In this document: positions 20,065 through 30,700 of the stretch, piece by piece | Position numbering within the stretch: the first letter of the stretch is position 1 | Layout: every line of letters begins with the position of its first letter | IMG/VR virus record: IMGVR_UViG_3300042868_006787 | Location: 1 to 64,000 of that record | Strand: one strand, 5' to 3' | DNA: 64,000 nt | DNA from: a virus | The notes under the pieces: model-generated | The model's database searches: none | What the model was told of the DNA's origin: nothing | Seen by the model: only the letters and a program-made list of their open reading frames with translations | Program-made: the position numbers and the translations under genes

Positions 20065-20507
20065 TAATTTGGAATGCCTACAATAATAAGATTTACCCAT
20101 ACAGATAAATCTCCAGAGGCTCCAAATTTAACGCTACCCTCCACACGAGAGGTCGTAATGTTTTTTAAAATTACAGACACATTTTTACCCGCTGGAGTGT
20201 TGCCTACGTTAACTGGAGTTGCAGTAACAATTGGTGCATATTTAAAGTTTGTAGTAAAATTATAAAAGAAATCTTTTTCTGTTGTTGGCGTTACAGTTGT
20301 ATTATTAAAAATTTCAACTCTGCCAGCAACAACTCTTAGTTCTGAAGTTTTTACATTTGCTTTATCGGACCCCGTAGTATCTACAGTTGCATAATTAGAG
20401 GTGGTTGAAGAAACCTCTGTTGCAACATCATTTATTGCCTCGGCTAACTGATAGATATACGTTACATCTAAAGGTTGCCCTCTTTCTGGTAATGGTATCT
20501 TTGACAT
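20064..20507 (-). CDS. Putative virion structural protein
   Basis: 147 aa, C-terminal FKYAPIVTATP...VNLIIVG lectin-like beta fold; TGATATAAT at 20523-20531 and AGGAG. Confidence 0.5.
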   Translation of the reverse strand: MSKIPLPERGQPLDVTYIYQLAEAINDVATEVSSTTSNYATVDTTGSDKANVKTSELRVVAGRVEIFNNTTVTPTTEKDFFYNFTTNFKYAPIVTATPVNVGNTPAGKNVSVILKNITTSRVEGSVKFGASGDLSVWVNLIIVGIPN

Positions 20508-20528
20508 TTTTCTCCTTTTATTATTATA

Positions 20529-21083
20529 TCAGTTTATGTTTTCTAAGTCACTAATTAGATATGTTGCTGCATCAAATGGTCCCTTTACTATGGTCACCTT
20601 TTGTATTCTAATCTTTATCTGATCTGGCGCCCCTGACCCATGTGGGTAAGAAAGAGAATAATTAGTGCTTGTAGATTTTCCAACCCAAATCCAATTACTT
20701 ACAACTTCACCTGTTTTCCATTGAACATAAACATCAAACTCTGTAATTGCAGCCTGCTTTTCCTGTAATATTTTTTCTTCTTCTGTTGGGTTTACAATTA
20801 ATAATGCAGGCATTGTCCATGAAATGTTAACTATATTTGCTTGACTATCAACGTTAATGCTATATGGAATATTTGTAGTTGCTAAATTATTTGGATCAAA
20901 GCCAGTTTCATCAAATGTATTATTTATTGTTATTTCTTTTATTGGAGACCAGTGCGAAAACCTATTCTTATCTTCTGACAATATACGATATCTTAATGTG
21001 TAAGTTAGGGTTTGATTGTCTCCTAGTGTTGGGGGAAGATCTGATGATTTTATTATAGTTCTTTTAATTCCAGCGTCTGCCAT
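20529..21083 (-). CDS. Putative tail-tip protein (FN3/Ig-like)
   Basis: YRILSED..RFSHWSP, VNISW; coupled within the tail operon. Confidence 0.5.
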   Translation of the reverse strand: MADAGIKRTIIKSSDLPPTLGDNQTLTYTLRYRILSEDKNRFSHWSPIKEITINNTFDETGFDPNNLATTNIPYSINVDSQANIVNISWTMPALLIVNPTEEEKILQEKQAAITEFDVYVQWKTGEVVSNWIWVGKSTSTNYSLSYPHGSGAPDQIKIRIQKVTIVKGPFDAATYLISDLENIN

Positions 21084-22207
21084 TATCCGACACCAATAGC
21101 AAATTTAAATTCTACATAATTGCTTGTATTTGGAGATTTAATAATTGCTGAAGCAGTATCATTTTGAACTACCGAGTATCCAACCATTCCATAAAGTGGG
21201 TTAGGCGTGTTTAAATTTTCAAATCTTAGTGCATCTAAAACAACATAAAAATCATCTGACGCAGTTCCACCATCTACAACTGAAGCATAAATGTTAATAG
21301 TATCGGCAGATGTCCATGTAAAATTTGATGTGGTATAAAGTTCTTGTCTTTCTTTTGTTACAACACAATATCTATTGGTTGAAAAATCATGTTGTCCAAA
21401 GCCAGTACCATTTGCTAAAGTTGTTTCAAATCTAGAAAATTTAGTTGCATCAATACTGCTAGTAAACTCAACAATAATTTTTACTGTATCTGGAACAGAT
21501 AAAGAATCTCCATCTTTATTAATTACAGAAAAAGCAAATCTTAGTTCATCTGATGGAGCATTTTTAGAAAAATCTAAAGAGATTCCAGTTGCCCTAATAT
21601 ATTCTGGACCTGTTGCTACAACTAAATGTTCGCCAGAAGTTGTCATTGTAGAGGAATCTCCACGCAAGGCAATAATATTGTTATAATATCGGCAGCGCTC
21701 ATATCGTGCTGCTCTGTTTGTATTGTAAAATATTTTATTGTCTGCATTGGTTTCGAAAACTTTTGACGTAGTTTCAATAATATTATCTGACAATGATCCG
21801 TCTAATGGCTGAGTAATTCTTAAAATATCCGTAGTAGCACTTGGGGATATATGTTGCCAATTTTCTCCCTGAGTAAATGTTAAAATAGTTCGACTGTCAT
21901 ATGATGCAGCGTACGGGTTTGATCCAGCAGAATATATAGCCACTTCAGAAATTTCATATCTTTCTTCCGTTGGCAGTTCTGCGGTTAGTACTAGTTTTGA
22001 TTGACCGTCTTCTACAATATACCCCCTAGAACTTATTGGTATACGAAACATTTCAAAATCTAAATTTTGTTTTGCGGAGTAGTCCAAAGGTGTATCGGAT
22101 GTGTCTAAAGGCTTAGCACCGCATCCCAGGGCCATATAAGAGGCATAGGCTGGGGTTTGACCAAGCAAGTACTTTGCAATAATATACTTCCCAGTATTAG
22201 TTATCAT
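21083..22207 (-). CDS. Putative baseplate/tail-tip protein
   Basis: N-terminus MITNTG..IAKYL...YMALGCG resembles fibre/baseplate attachment domains; synteny. Confidence 0.55.
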   Translation of the reverse strand: MITNTGKYIIAKYLLGQTPAYASYMALGCGAKPLDTSDTPLDYSAKQNLDFEMFRIPISSRGYIVEDGQSKLVLTAELPTEERYEISEVAIYSAGSNPYAASYDSRTILTFTQGENWQHISPSATTDILRITQPLDGSLSDNIIETTSKVFETNADNKIFYNTNRAARYERCRYYNNIIALRGDSSTMTTSGEHLVVATGPEYIRATGISLDFSKNAPSDELRFAFSVINKDGDSLSVPDTVKIIVEFTSSIDATKFSRFETTLANGTGFGQHDFSTNRYCVVTKERQELYTTSNFTWTSADTINIYASVVDGGTASDDFYVVLDALRFENLNTPNPLYGMVGYSVVQNDTASAIIKSPNTSNYVEFKFAIGVG

Positions 22208-23028
22208 GATTCCACTACTCCAAGCATTATAGTATACATTGTACCACCTATGCTTAATTGAACTTCTACCTGCTCATCTATATCTAAATTAACTAACTCA
22301 ATAATAACATTTTGAGATTCATCTAGGTATATATTTTCTCCGTTTAGACCGTTACCAACAAATGGTATCTTATTCTCTAATTTAATACCAAAATTAGAAA
22401 AATATTTGTCTGAGGTATTTTGAAGGCTTAGCAAACGTTTTGAAGAAAATTCCTGATTTAAGGATGTAAGATTTTTAATTAATTGGTTTGGAATATAGTT
22501 GCCACTGACTATGTCATGCCTAGACATAGATAAGAGTTCTTGACCGCCTATATCTTCAAATAAGATATCTGTTAATGTTTCTATAGGCAAAGTTTCATCA
22601 TCAAATAAAATTATTTCTGGGGTGGCAACTTTTACTTTATAAGTAGTGGCTGGCGGTGGAGGAGGGGGTGGCAGTGTTACTGGAATTGCTGCAACAGTTG
22701 GCGTAAAAATAACTTCAGGAGATCCTGAAAATGGAATAGGATTAAATATTGGTTCTGGAACTTTCTTAGGTGGATCTTCTCTTTCTCCTTCTCTATAAGT
22801 AACCCGCTCTTTATTTATAGTTTGTGACTTGGGGGTTTCTTTTTGCTTTTGTTCTTCTTGTCTCCAACCCGCTAAATCTTTAGCAACTTGAGCACGGTTA
22901 TTTTCTCTTCTGGTTTCTGAATCCATTGAATTTTGGTAAGCCAAATCCCTAGCAATCTGAGCACGATTGTTTTCTCTTCTAGTTTCTGAATCAATGGTTT
23001 TGCCATGACCTGAATTTTCTCCTGGCAT
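22204..23028 (-). CDS. Tail-region protein with N-terminal duplication and polyproline linker
   Basis: DSETRRENNRAQxAxDLA twice; TLPPPPPPAT. Confidence 0.6.
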   Translation of the reverse strand: MPGENSGHGKTIDSETRRENNRAQIARDLAYQNSMDSETRRENNRAQVAKDLAGWRQEEQKQKETPKSQTINKERVTYREGEREDPPKKVPEPIFNPIPFSGSPEVIFTPTVAAIPVTLPPPPPPPATTYKVKVATPEIILFDDETLPIETLTDILFEDIGGQELLSMSRHDIVSGNYIPNQLIKNLTSLNQEFSSKRLLSLQNTSDKYFSNFGIKLENKIPFVGNGLNGENIYLDESQNVIIELVNLDIDEQVEVQLSIGGTMYTIMLGVVES

Positions 23029-23029
23029 T

Positions 23030-26000
23030 TTACACCTCCGCCAAATATACTGTCATGCTTGGTCCGTTTGAATTTCTCTGATAGTCCATGTTATAAATAA
23101 CAAACTGTTTGGCTGGACTGCAGATTAAATCTACTCCATCTTTATTATAGTCAATTTGTACAAGATCCCCTAATTGAAGTATTGGTAAAGAAAATATTTG
23201 TGCTCCGACAAGTTTTTTAGGTTTCATTGATTTTTTAACAATCCATCCTAAAATATTTTCAGCATCGGACAATGTTTGAATATATGGAGTCTCTAAAGTA
23301 AAACTACTAATACCATGATTTAATCTACTTTGTTTTATATAGTTGTAATCTTGAATGCTTACCAGATTAGATCTAATTGTATTATTATCTAAATTATCCA
23401 ATTCAGCAAAATTTGATTTTTTATTAAAATAATCATCTACGGATACGGTATATGTAGTATCTTGTGTAAATGTTATTCCTTGAATTTTTAAATAGTTTCC
23501 GCCAGTTTCATCTAAATTAAGTGCAGAATCTGTTGCATTAAATACTAAAAATTCTGCTCCGTAAGAGTCTGCCTGAAATCCAGAAACAACATATCCCTTT
23601 GTTGTGTTTGGTGTTGGAGATATTTTTGCATATAGCGCTGGATAGGCTTTATCATATTTAACATTAAAGTATGCAACTTCTCTAAAAATAGAACCAAACT
23701 CATCATAATACATGTTGTATTTTGGTGGCTGCAAACTAGATATACCCTCTAAATATGTAGATTGAACAACCCCACTCATTGCATATTTTCTTAATGCTGA
23801 GTTTGCATTAATTTCATTTGCTCCAAACACAGAAGATATAGAGTCAGCAACATTAAAAACTGTGTTTTGAGAATAGTTTTCGTTTAAAGCATAAATATTT
23901 TCAAACATACATTTTGATGATCCTCTAACAAAAAGAGAAACATTGTTATACACCGGAAGTGGATCTGTGTCATCAACTATGCCAATTAGTTTGTTATTAA
24001 TATATAAATAAAATTTTCTTGTTGTTCCAACATTAGAATACTCTACTGCTAAATCATAAACTGTCGGGTTTTCTTCTCCAGACATTCTGTATTGACCAGT
24101 AAATTTACCATCATCTACTAAAATATTAGTTAGTCCTGACCAAAGTTTTATTGGAATAGCATTGCCAGCACTGTCTTTTTTAATTTTATAAAAAACGATA
24201 TTTGAAATATTATTTTCAGATGAACCATCAGACTTAATCTTTAAGTATGATTCAATATTTTTTTCTGATAACGCAATTATCTCAAAATAATATCCATTGT
24301 TTGTTTCTGGGTTAATCATAATTCCTAAGCCACCAGAACCACCACCAATGTTTGTACTTTGGTTTGGTTGTGTTGTTGGCACTTGGTAATATGTTGTGCT
24401 TCCGATTGGAGTCTGAAGTCTATCTTCGCTTGTATTTACGCTACCAACAATTCTCATTCTAGTTCCAAAATGTTTGTAAGAACTATCTAACGGTTTATAT
24501 ACATAAGATATAAAATCAACTGGAGTATCTGTAGAACTAAAAGATGGGCCAGACATTACTAATGCCGATGATTGAATTGTTCCAGTTTGAGTTGATTGCA
24601 AACTATTTAATTCTGTTTCGGTTAAGTAATTGCTTGTCATAAAGTTTTTAATTATGCCAGTTCTTGAACATTTTTTAGCCAGCGTATTATTAACTCCAGC
24701 AGCACCAACTGTAAGATCTATAGGGTATTCAATTTCTGGACTAGTTGTAAATAAATAATTAGACTTCATATTGCAACCACGAAGGTATGTGTCTTCTGTC
24801 CAATTGTTTGATATGCCTGCTGTATGGCTGGCAACCAATGTTCCAAACTGTCCTCTTCCATGTTCAAAAACTGGACCATTTTTTATTTTTGTGTCGCCAT
24901 CAATTGTTTCGTAGTAGGGGTTTGCTAAAATTCTAATTAATCCTGTTGGATATATTTTTCCATTAAACGGAAGCGATCCCATATATTCCTGATACTCCTG
25001 ATTGTTTGATATCCAGATATTACCAATTCCTGTTATGTTAAATTGAACAGCGTCATATCTTATAACCTCCCCGCTAGAATAAAAATATCCTTTATATTTG
25101 GTTAACCAATAAACATTTTCTCCTAAATCAACGGTATTATCAATAATAAATCCATTAGATACTGAAGGAATAGATATTGGTAAATCAGAATTAATGGGGA
25201 CCGCACCTAAAACAAAACTTGATTGTTTGTCTACTTGGGAGTTTATTGTTTTTAATACATCTTCTCCAGATGCTTCCCATAACAATGATGGTTTATAGAT
25301 CCAGGTTTTTTCTTTGTCTACTAAAGTGCTTTGTTTAATTGACCCATAAGATCTTTGTATATATCTTGAGGTATAGTTAATTTTTCCATCATTATATATT
25401 TTTTTATCTTGTGAAGATATAGAAATAATATTTGGCAGGTCTGAAGACAATGGTTTGTTTTTGATTACATCTAAATTTTCTTGATTATTCATTATGCCTT
25501 TTAATTCTTGTTGGTTATTTGTGCCAACTAAAGTAAATGATGACTCTCTTTCTCCAGCCTCTGGCATTATATAATTTTTGCTCATGATAGTAAAATTATT
25601 ATATTCATCAAAAAACATTGCAGTCTGAGTTGACACTGCTAACTCATTTAAAACCTGAGCCAAACTCTGATCTGGTGCAATAAAAAAATAAGGGATAATT
25701 GGATCTTTTTCTAATCCAATTCTTTTAAATGTATAATTTGAAAATCCTACAGAATCTAATAATGTTGATATTGCAAAACTTAAAGATACGTCAGTCAAAA
25801 GCATCCTTGGTGCTGTTTGAGATTCAAAATAAAAATAAAAATCACGAAGACTAATTGATATTGTAGATCCATCGTCAGTTGCCTGCGGAAAATTGTCCGA
25901 ATATAAAGTTTTAATTGGAACAAAATAGTTTATTGTTAAATTATCATTGTATATATTTTCATAAAAAACAAACTTAATATTTTTGTTTAAATAATTTTTT

Positions 26001-27190
26001 ATAATACTATTTTCATTATTTTCATTAAAGGCCAACTCTTCATCAAAAATAGTAACGGTGCCATTAGAGGCAAGTAATTGGCCTACCGGAATAGCACCTT
26101 GGGACATATCAGACATTGTTTTTGTTATTTGAAAGTCTAAAACATTATTTGAAATATTTACAGAAAGTCTTGGAGACATTTCAATTAAATCAAAAACCGA
26201 ATCAAATTTATTCATTGATAAAACTACTATTCTTATTCCATCAATATAATCAAATTCATTATAAAAAAATGTATTATCTATCTTAGTAGTTTTTATCGGA
26301 TCAGAAATTTTTGTAACAAATGAAGTATTGTAGTCAACTGACTCAGATTTTAAAAACCATTCATTGTTTAAATATGACAATTCTAAATATCCATCTGGCC
26401 CAATGATATCAGAGTCGTCCAATCTTCTGCTATTTTGATCAACATTTAAAATATCTATCCAGTTATTATTTTTTAAAATTTGTACCTTAAATTTATTTGG
26501 AATGGTTTTATTTTGATTGCCATAAAATGGGCTAGAGTCTGTGCCAACAATGTCTTGAAAATTTCCAGGATCATTCTGCCCAACATTCGTTTGCATTTTT
26601 ACAACAATTCTATTGCACGGGACGCTTTCTTTGTATACGACAAAAGGACATGAGTCTTCTATATAGTTAATACCATTAATTGTTTTATTTGCGATACCTC
26701 TTTCAGTTCCATTTTCTTTTCTATAGGATGACCAGTATTTAAAAATATCGTTTCGTGATGACATGTAATATCTTGGAGCATTGTTTCCAAACATAACATT
26801 TGTTGGTATATATTTTTTATCAAAAAATGACATCTTGTTAATGCCAGATCTTGGCCTAAATGGTTTAAGACAATCCTCCAAAGAATAATATAAAGATTTT
26901 TTTTGATCTAAAGATTGAAATAGTTGTAGTGTGTCGTTGGTATTATATGTATTTTGTATTTGTTCATAAGATAATTCAGCATTTGTATAGTAATCTCCGC
27001 TGTCCTCTAAATCAAAAGTGTTAGGAATATTTTTATAAATACTAGAAATATCATTTGGTCTATATCTATAATTTCCTACCTTTTTAATGTTGCCAGGCAC
27101 GTTCATATTCCATTCAGCAATAACGACTGACTGCAAAGATATATCGTTGGATGTTTTTAAATATTCTACAAGGTCACTATTGCTAAACAC
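23030..27190 (-). CDS. Large tail-tip/hub (Tal-like) protein
   Basis: 1386 aa, two genes after the tape measure; MFFDEYNNF and PILQLGDLVQI hub-like motifs. Confidence 0.65.
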   Translation of the reverse strand: MFSNSDLVEYLKTSNDISLQSVVIAEWNMNVPGNIKKVGNYRYRPNDISSIYKNIPNTFDLEDSGDYYTNAELSYEQIQNTYNTNDTLQLFQSLDQKKSLYYSLEDCLKPFRPRSGINKMSFFDKKYIPTNVMFGNNAPRYYMSSRNDIFKYWSSYRKENGTERGIANKTINGINYIEDSCPFVVYKESVPCNRIVVKMQTNVGQNDPGNFQDIVGTDSSPFYGNQNKTIPNKFKVQILKNNNWIDILNVDQNSRRLDDSDIIGPDGYLELSYLNNEWFLKSESVDYNTSFVTKISDPIKTTKIDNTFFYNEFDYIDGIRIVVLSMNKFDSVFDLIEMSPRLSVNISNNVLDFQITKTMSDMSQGAIPVGQLLASNGTVTIFDEELAFNENNENSIIKNYLNKNIKFVFYENIYNDNLTINYFVPIKTLYSDNFPQATDDGSTISISLRDFYFYFESQTAPRMLLTDVSLSFAISTLLDSVGFSNYTFKRIGLEKDPIIPYFFIAPDQSLAQVLNELAVSTQTAMFFDEYNNFTIMSKNYIMPEAGERESSFTLVGTNNQQELKGIMNNQENLDVIKNKPLSSDLPNIISISSQDKKIYNDGKINYTSRYIQRSYGSIKQSTLVDKEKTWIYKPSLLWEASGEDVLKTINSQVDKQSSFVLGAVPINSDLPISIPSVSNGFIIDNTVDLGENVYWLTKYKGYFYSSGEVIRYDAVQFNITGIGNIWISNNQEYQEYMGSLPFNGKIYPTGLIRILANPYYETIDGDTKIKNGPVFEHGRGQFGTLVASHTAGISNNWTEDTYLRGCNMKSNYLFTTSPEIEYPIDLTVGAAGVNNTLAKKCSRTGIIKNFMTSNYLTETELNSLQSTQTGTIQSSALVMSGPSFSSTDTPVDFISYVYKPLDSSYKHFGTRMRIVGSVNTSEDRLQTPIGSTTYYQVPTTQPNQSTNIGGGSGGLGIMINPETNNGYYFEIIALSEKNIESYLKIKSDGSSENNISNIVFYKIKKDSAGNAIPIKLWSGLTNILVDDGKFTGQYRMSGEENPTVYDLAVEYSNVGTTRKFYLYINNKLIGIVDDTDPLPVYNNVSLFVRGSSKCMFENIYALNENYSQNTVFNVADSISSVFGANEINANSALRKYAMSGVVQSTYLEGISSLQPPKYNMYYDEFGSIFREVAYFNVKYDKAYPALYAKISPTPNTTKGYVVSGFQADSYGAEFLVFNATDSALNLDETGGNYLKIQGITFTQDTTYTVSVDDYFNKKSNFAELDNLDNNTIRSNLVSIQDYNYIKQSRLNHGISSFTLETPYIQTLSDAENILGWIVKKSMKPKKLVGAQIFSLPILQLGDLVQIDYNKDGVDLICSPAKQFVIYNMDYQRNSNGPSMTVYLAEV

Positions 27191-27191
27191 T

Positions 27192-27794
27192 TTAGACCTC
27201 TTCTAGCGTTATATTAATATTCCATAGGTCATGATTAGTAAATCCTCTTTTTACTACAGAATAAGAAAAATCTCTAAAATACATTTGAACAATTTGATTA
27301 TATTTTGTTTTATCATCATATCTATCATATGCTAAATAAACCCAAAATGGTCCTTTGTGATTTTCATACCATCCTAATAATTCTAATCCCCCTGCACCAC
27401 CATCAACAGTAAATTCGCCTAAGCCTCCACGAAGATTTGTCAATCCATTAGAATCAAAAGATGGGTTATCTATGTATGACTTTGATGGCAACAATTGCCA
27501 AGAAGTTGATAAATTAATTTTATCTGCTATGTTATAGGCTCTCATGTTTCCGTTAATCATTCTTTCTCTTTTTTGAATTCTTTCTTGGCCAAAAGACAGT
27601 TCATTCCTATTGTGATCTGATAAAATTAAAAATGTATTTTTCTCATTTTCTGATACGCCAGTCAAATTTGATCCAATTTCGTATCCATCAGGATAATAGA
27701 ATCCGTTAGATAGGGTTCCTGGATTTTCAGACCAAAGCATAGCCTGTGGCAGTACATATCTACGTCTACCTGCTAAATACGCTGCACTAGCCAT
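27192..27794 (-). CDS. Distal tail (Dit-like) protein
   Basis: Directly after the tape measure; ends WNINITLEEV. Confidence 0.55.
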   Translation of the reverse strand: MASAAYLAGRRRYVLPQAMLWSENPGTLSNGFYYPDGYEIGSNLTGVSENEKNTFLILSDHNRNELSFGQERIQKRERMINGNMRAYNIADKINLSTSWQLLPSKSYIDNPSFDSNGLTNLRGGLGEFTVDGGAGGLELLGWYENHKGPFWVYLAYDRYDDKTKYNQIVQMYFRDFSYSVVKRGFTNHDLWNINITLEEV

Positions 27795-30700
27795 CAGTAT
27801 CTATTCCCCCTCAATCTTTGAGCATCCATATTTCTAATTTGTGTAATTACTGTTCTTGCAATGTCGTCTGGGCTTGCAGAAGTTCCGTTTACCCCAACAC
27901 TTAAACTATAATTATACACTGAAGTGTTGCTATTTTTTGCTGAGTTATTGCTAACCACATTTACTGCAGGAGTTCCTCCAAGTGATAAACTTCCTGGATA
28001 TTTAGACTCATTCATCCTTTCTAGTAATGGTCCAAATTTTTGTGAAGCAGCCCTATTCATGACAAATTCTCCTGGAGTAAGCATGGTAGGAACTTTATCT
28101 AGCATTCCACTTCCAGAAACAACGCCTCCATACATTTTTCCTGGAACTTTAACTGTTGTTCCGTTAAAGATTGTATTTCCATTATTATATTTAGGATTGC
28201 TGGTTAATACTGGGTTTATGGCAAGCAATTCTTTTACGGTTGTATTGTTTGCCTTAGCAATACTAGATAATGTTTGTCCGTTTTTGGCTGTAACGCTTAT
28301 AAGGTTTGTTTTGGCTGGGGGTTTGTCTTTCTCTTCGTCATTTTTAATTTTATCCTTTGGGTCTTCAACTGCTCCTGTAATGCCTCCTAGATCTGCTGAT
28401 GTTTTACTGCCTAGAGTCGCCCATAAAATTGCCATTCTCTTTAAAACGTTTTCTGCGCTTTCTAATGCTTTAATATAATCTTTAGTTTTAACTTCTGCAC
28501 TTTTAATAGCAAGTTCTGCTTCTGCATATTTTAGTCTTTGTTGTTCAATAAGTTTTATTTCGTTATCAAGTAGTCCTTGTGCTTTTGCTAACTCCCCAAC
28601 TTTTAAGTTATAGTTTTTATCTTGAAGCACAACAATTTCTGCTGCAACAACTGCCTGCTTTTGTTCTAGAGAGTATATTTCTTCTCCCAAGGTATAAATT
28701 TTTTGTTCAATTTGAAGTTTAGATAATCCGCCTGCTGATCTTAAAGCATTTATTTCATTGGTTTGGGCAATCTCTAAAGCATTTAAACTTTGCTCTTTTG
28801 CATAAACCTGTTCTTGATTTCTAATATCTTGTACTATTTGTGCTGCCTGAGAAATATCTCCAGTTGTTAATGCATCAGCAAGGGAAATTTTAGACTTTTG
28901 TTGATCGGCAATTCTTTGGTTAATTGAATAAACTTGCTCTAAAGCGTCCCTCTGTTTGCCATATTTTTCAGTTATTGTTGAGGCTGTTTTTTCTATTAAG
29001 GAAAGATCGTGGTTTAGTTCTGTGATTTCAGACTGACGTTGTTGAATTGGTCTGTCATAAGTGATCTCAGAGTAGCGTTGTTTGGCCTCTATTGCTTTTT
29101 CGTTTGCTTCAATTAAACCATTTACTCTATCAATTTCTGGTTGATATTTAGCCCTAGCCTGCTGTTCTTGAACATCTAGCATTTCACTAACTTTGGCCAT
29201 ATCATTTCTAAATGCTGTAATTGGGTCATTTTGTCTTGCTGTTTTATCAATTAAATCTTTTGCAGTTTTATATGTTTCTATCCACTTTTCTAACTCTTTA
29301 ATATCTTTTATACGTGAAATAGCAATTGCCAAGTTTGCATCAGCAACTAACTCTAAGGCCTGTGCTTGATTTACTCCTGCTGCAGTTAACCTTACAAATG
29401 CAGTTCTTTGTGCTTGCGCTCCATTAATTGCATTTATTTGTTCAGCATTAAATAAACCAAGTGCCTTTTCGTCAAATGCTTTTTGAGCAGCCTTTCCCAA
29501 AGCAGTTATTGTAACTATGCCATCTTTTGCCACTTTAATTAACTTATTTTGAATTGCTTTTTCTGCTCCGCCGACCCAATCAATAAAATCTGTATTTGCA
29601 CCAAGGCTTGCTAATTGTTGATCAATGCCATTAAATATTTTAATGTCTTTGGCTCCACCAAGAACTCTTAGAAGTTCTCCTGCGCCTTTAGTTGCATTTA
29701 TTGTGGCATCTCTTGTTCTCTTAAGATTAATTAAAATATCGTCAAATGTGGTATCTCTATTGCCACTTTGTACATTTTTATTACCACCTGGGATTGTGTT
29801 ATCTATACTAATCTTTGTTACTTTTTGTGCAAGTTCGGCCAAATAATCTAATACAGTTTTGTCTGGATTTTGTGTTAGCCAATTTTGAATTGCTTCTGCA
29901 TTATTGCCCTCAATGTTTGCTACTGTCGTAAGTGTCTGCAAATATACCTTTTGTTGTTCTGGTGGAAGGTTGCTAAAATATTCTTGATCTTTTCTTAAAA
30001 CCTCCATCTCTTTTGCCCCTAATATTTTTGTTGCAATTTCTAAATCAATTTTTCCTTTTTGCTCATTAATTTTATCTATTGTTGATTGTAGGTTTGCTGC
30101 TTCAATTGGATTATTACTATAATATGTTAATGCAACTTCAATATCCATAACATTTCCAACCCTACTTATATCTGCAAAAAGTTTTAGATATTTTTCTGCT
30201 TCTTCTGAAGTTTTACCACTAATGTCCGCAATAAATTTTGTCTGCTGTTCTTTAAGCGGATTTCCATTTTTATCCTGGAATAGGTTAACAACTGACATGG
30301 CTTGATTAGCAAAAGCACCACCAAACTTTGTAACAATATTCATAACTTTGGTTAAAGTTTCTGAATCTTGTCCAAATGTTTCCATTAAATTAACAATTTG
30401 CATTGGGTCCATTTGACCAGATGCTAGTTGCATTTTTAAAGTAAATTGTGCTTCTTTAGACAAAGACGAACCACCTAATAAATCTGTAGCAAGCGGTGCT
30501 ATATCTGCCATAGCAGTATCTTTATATTTACTTGTAATCTGTTTGTCTAATCCAGTTTCAAGCGCTCCACGAACTGCTCCAGATGAATTTTTATATGTGT
30601 TTTGTATATCTGTAACTAATTTTCCATTTTGCTCAAGCAGTGTAGTGTTTGCTCGTTGATATTCATTTTGCAATTGAATTGCTTTTACAGTGTCTCCAGC

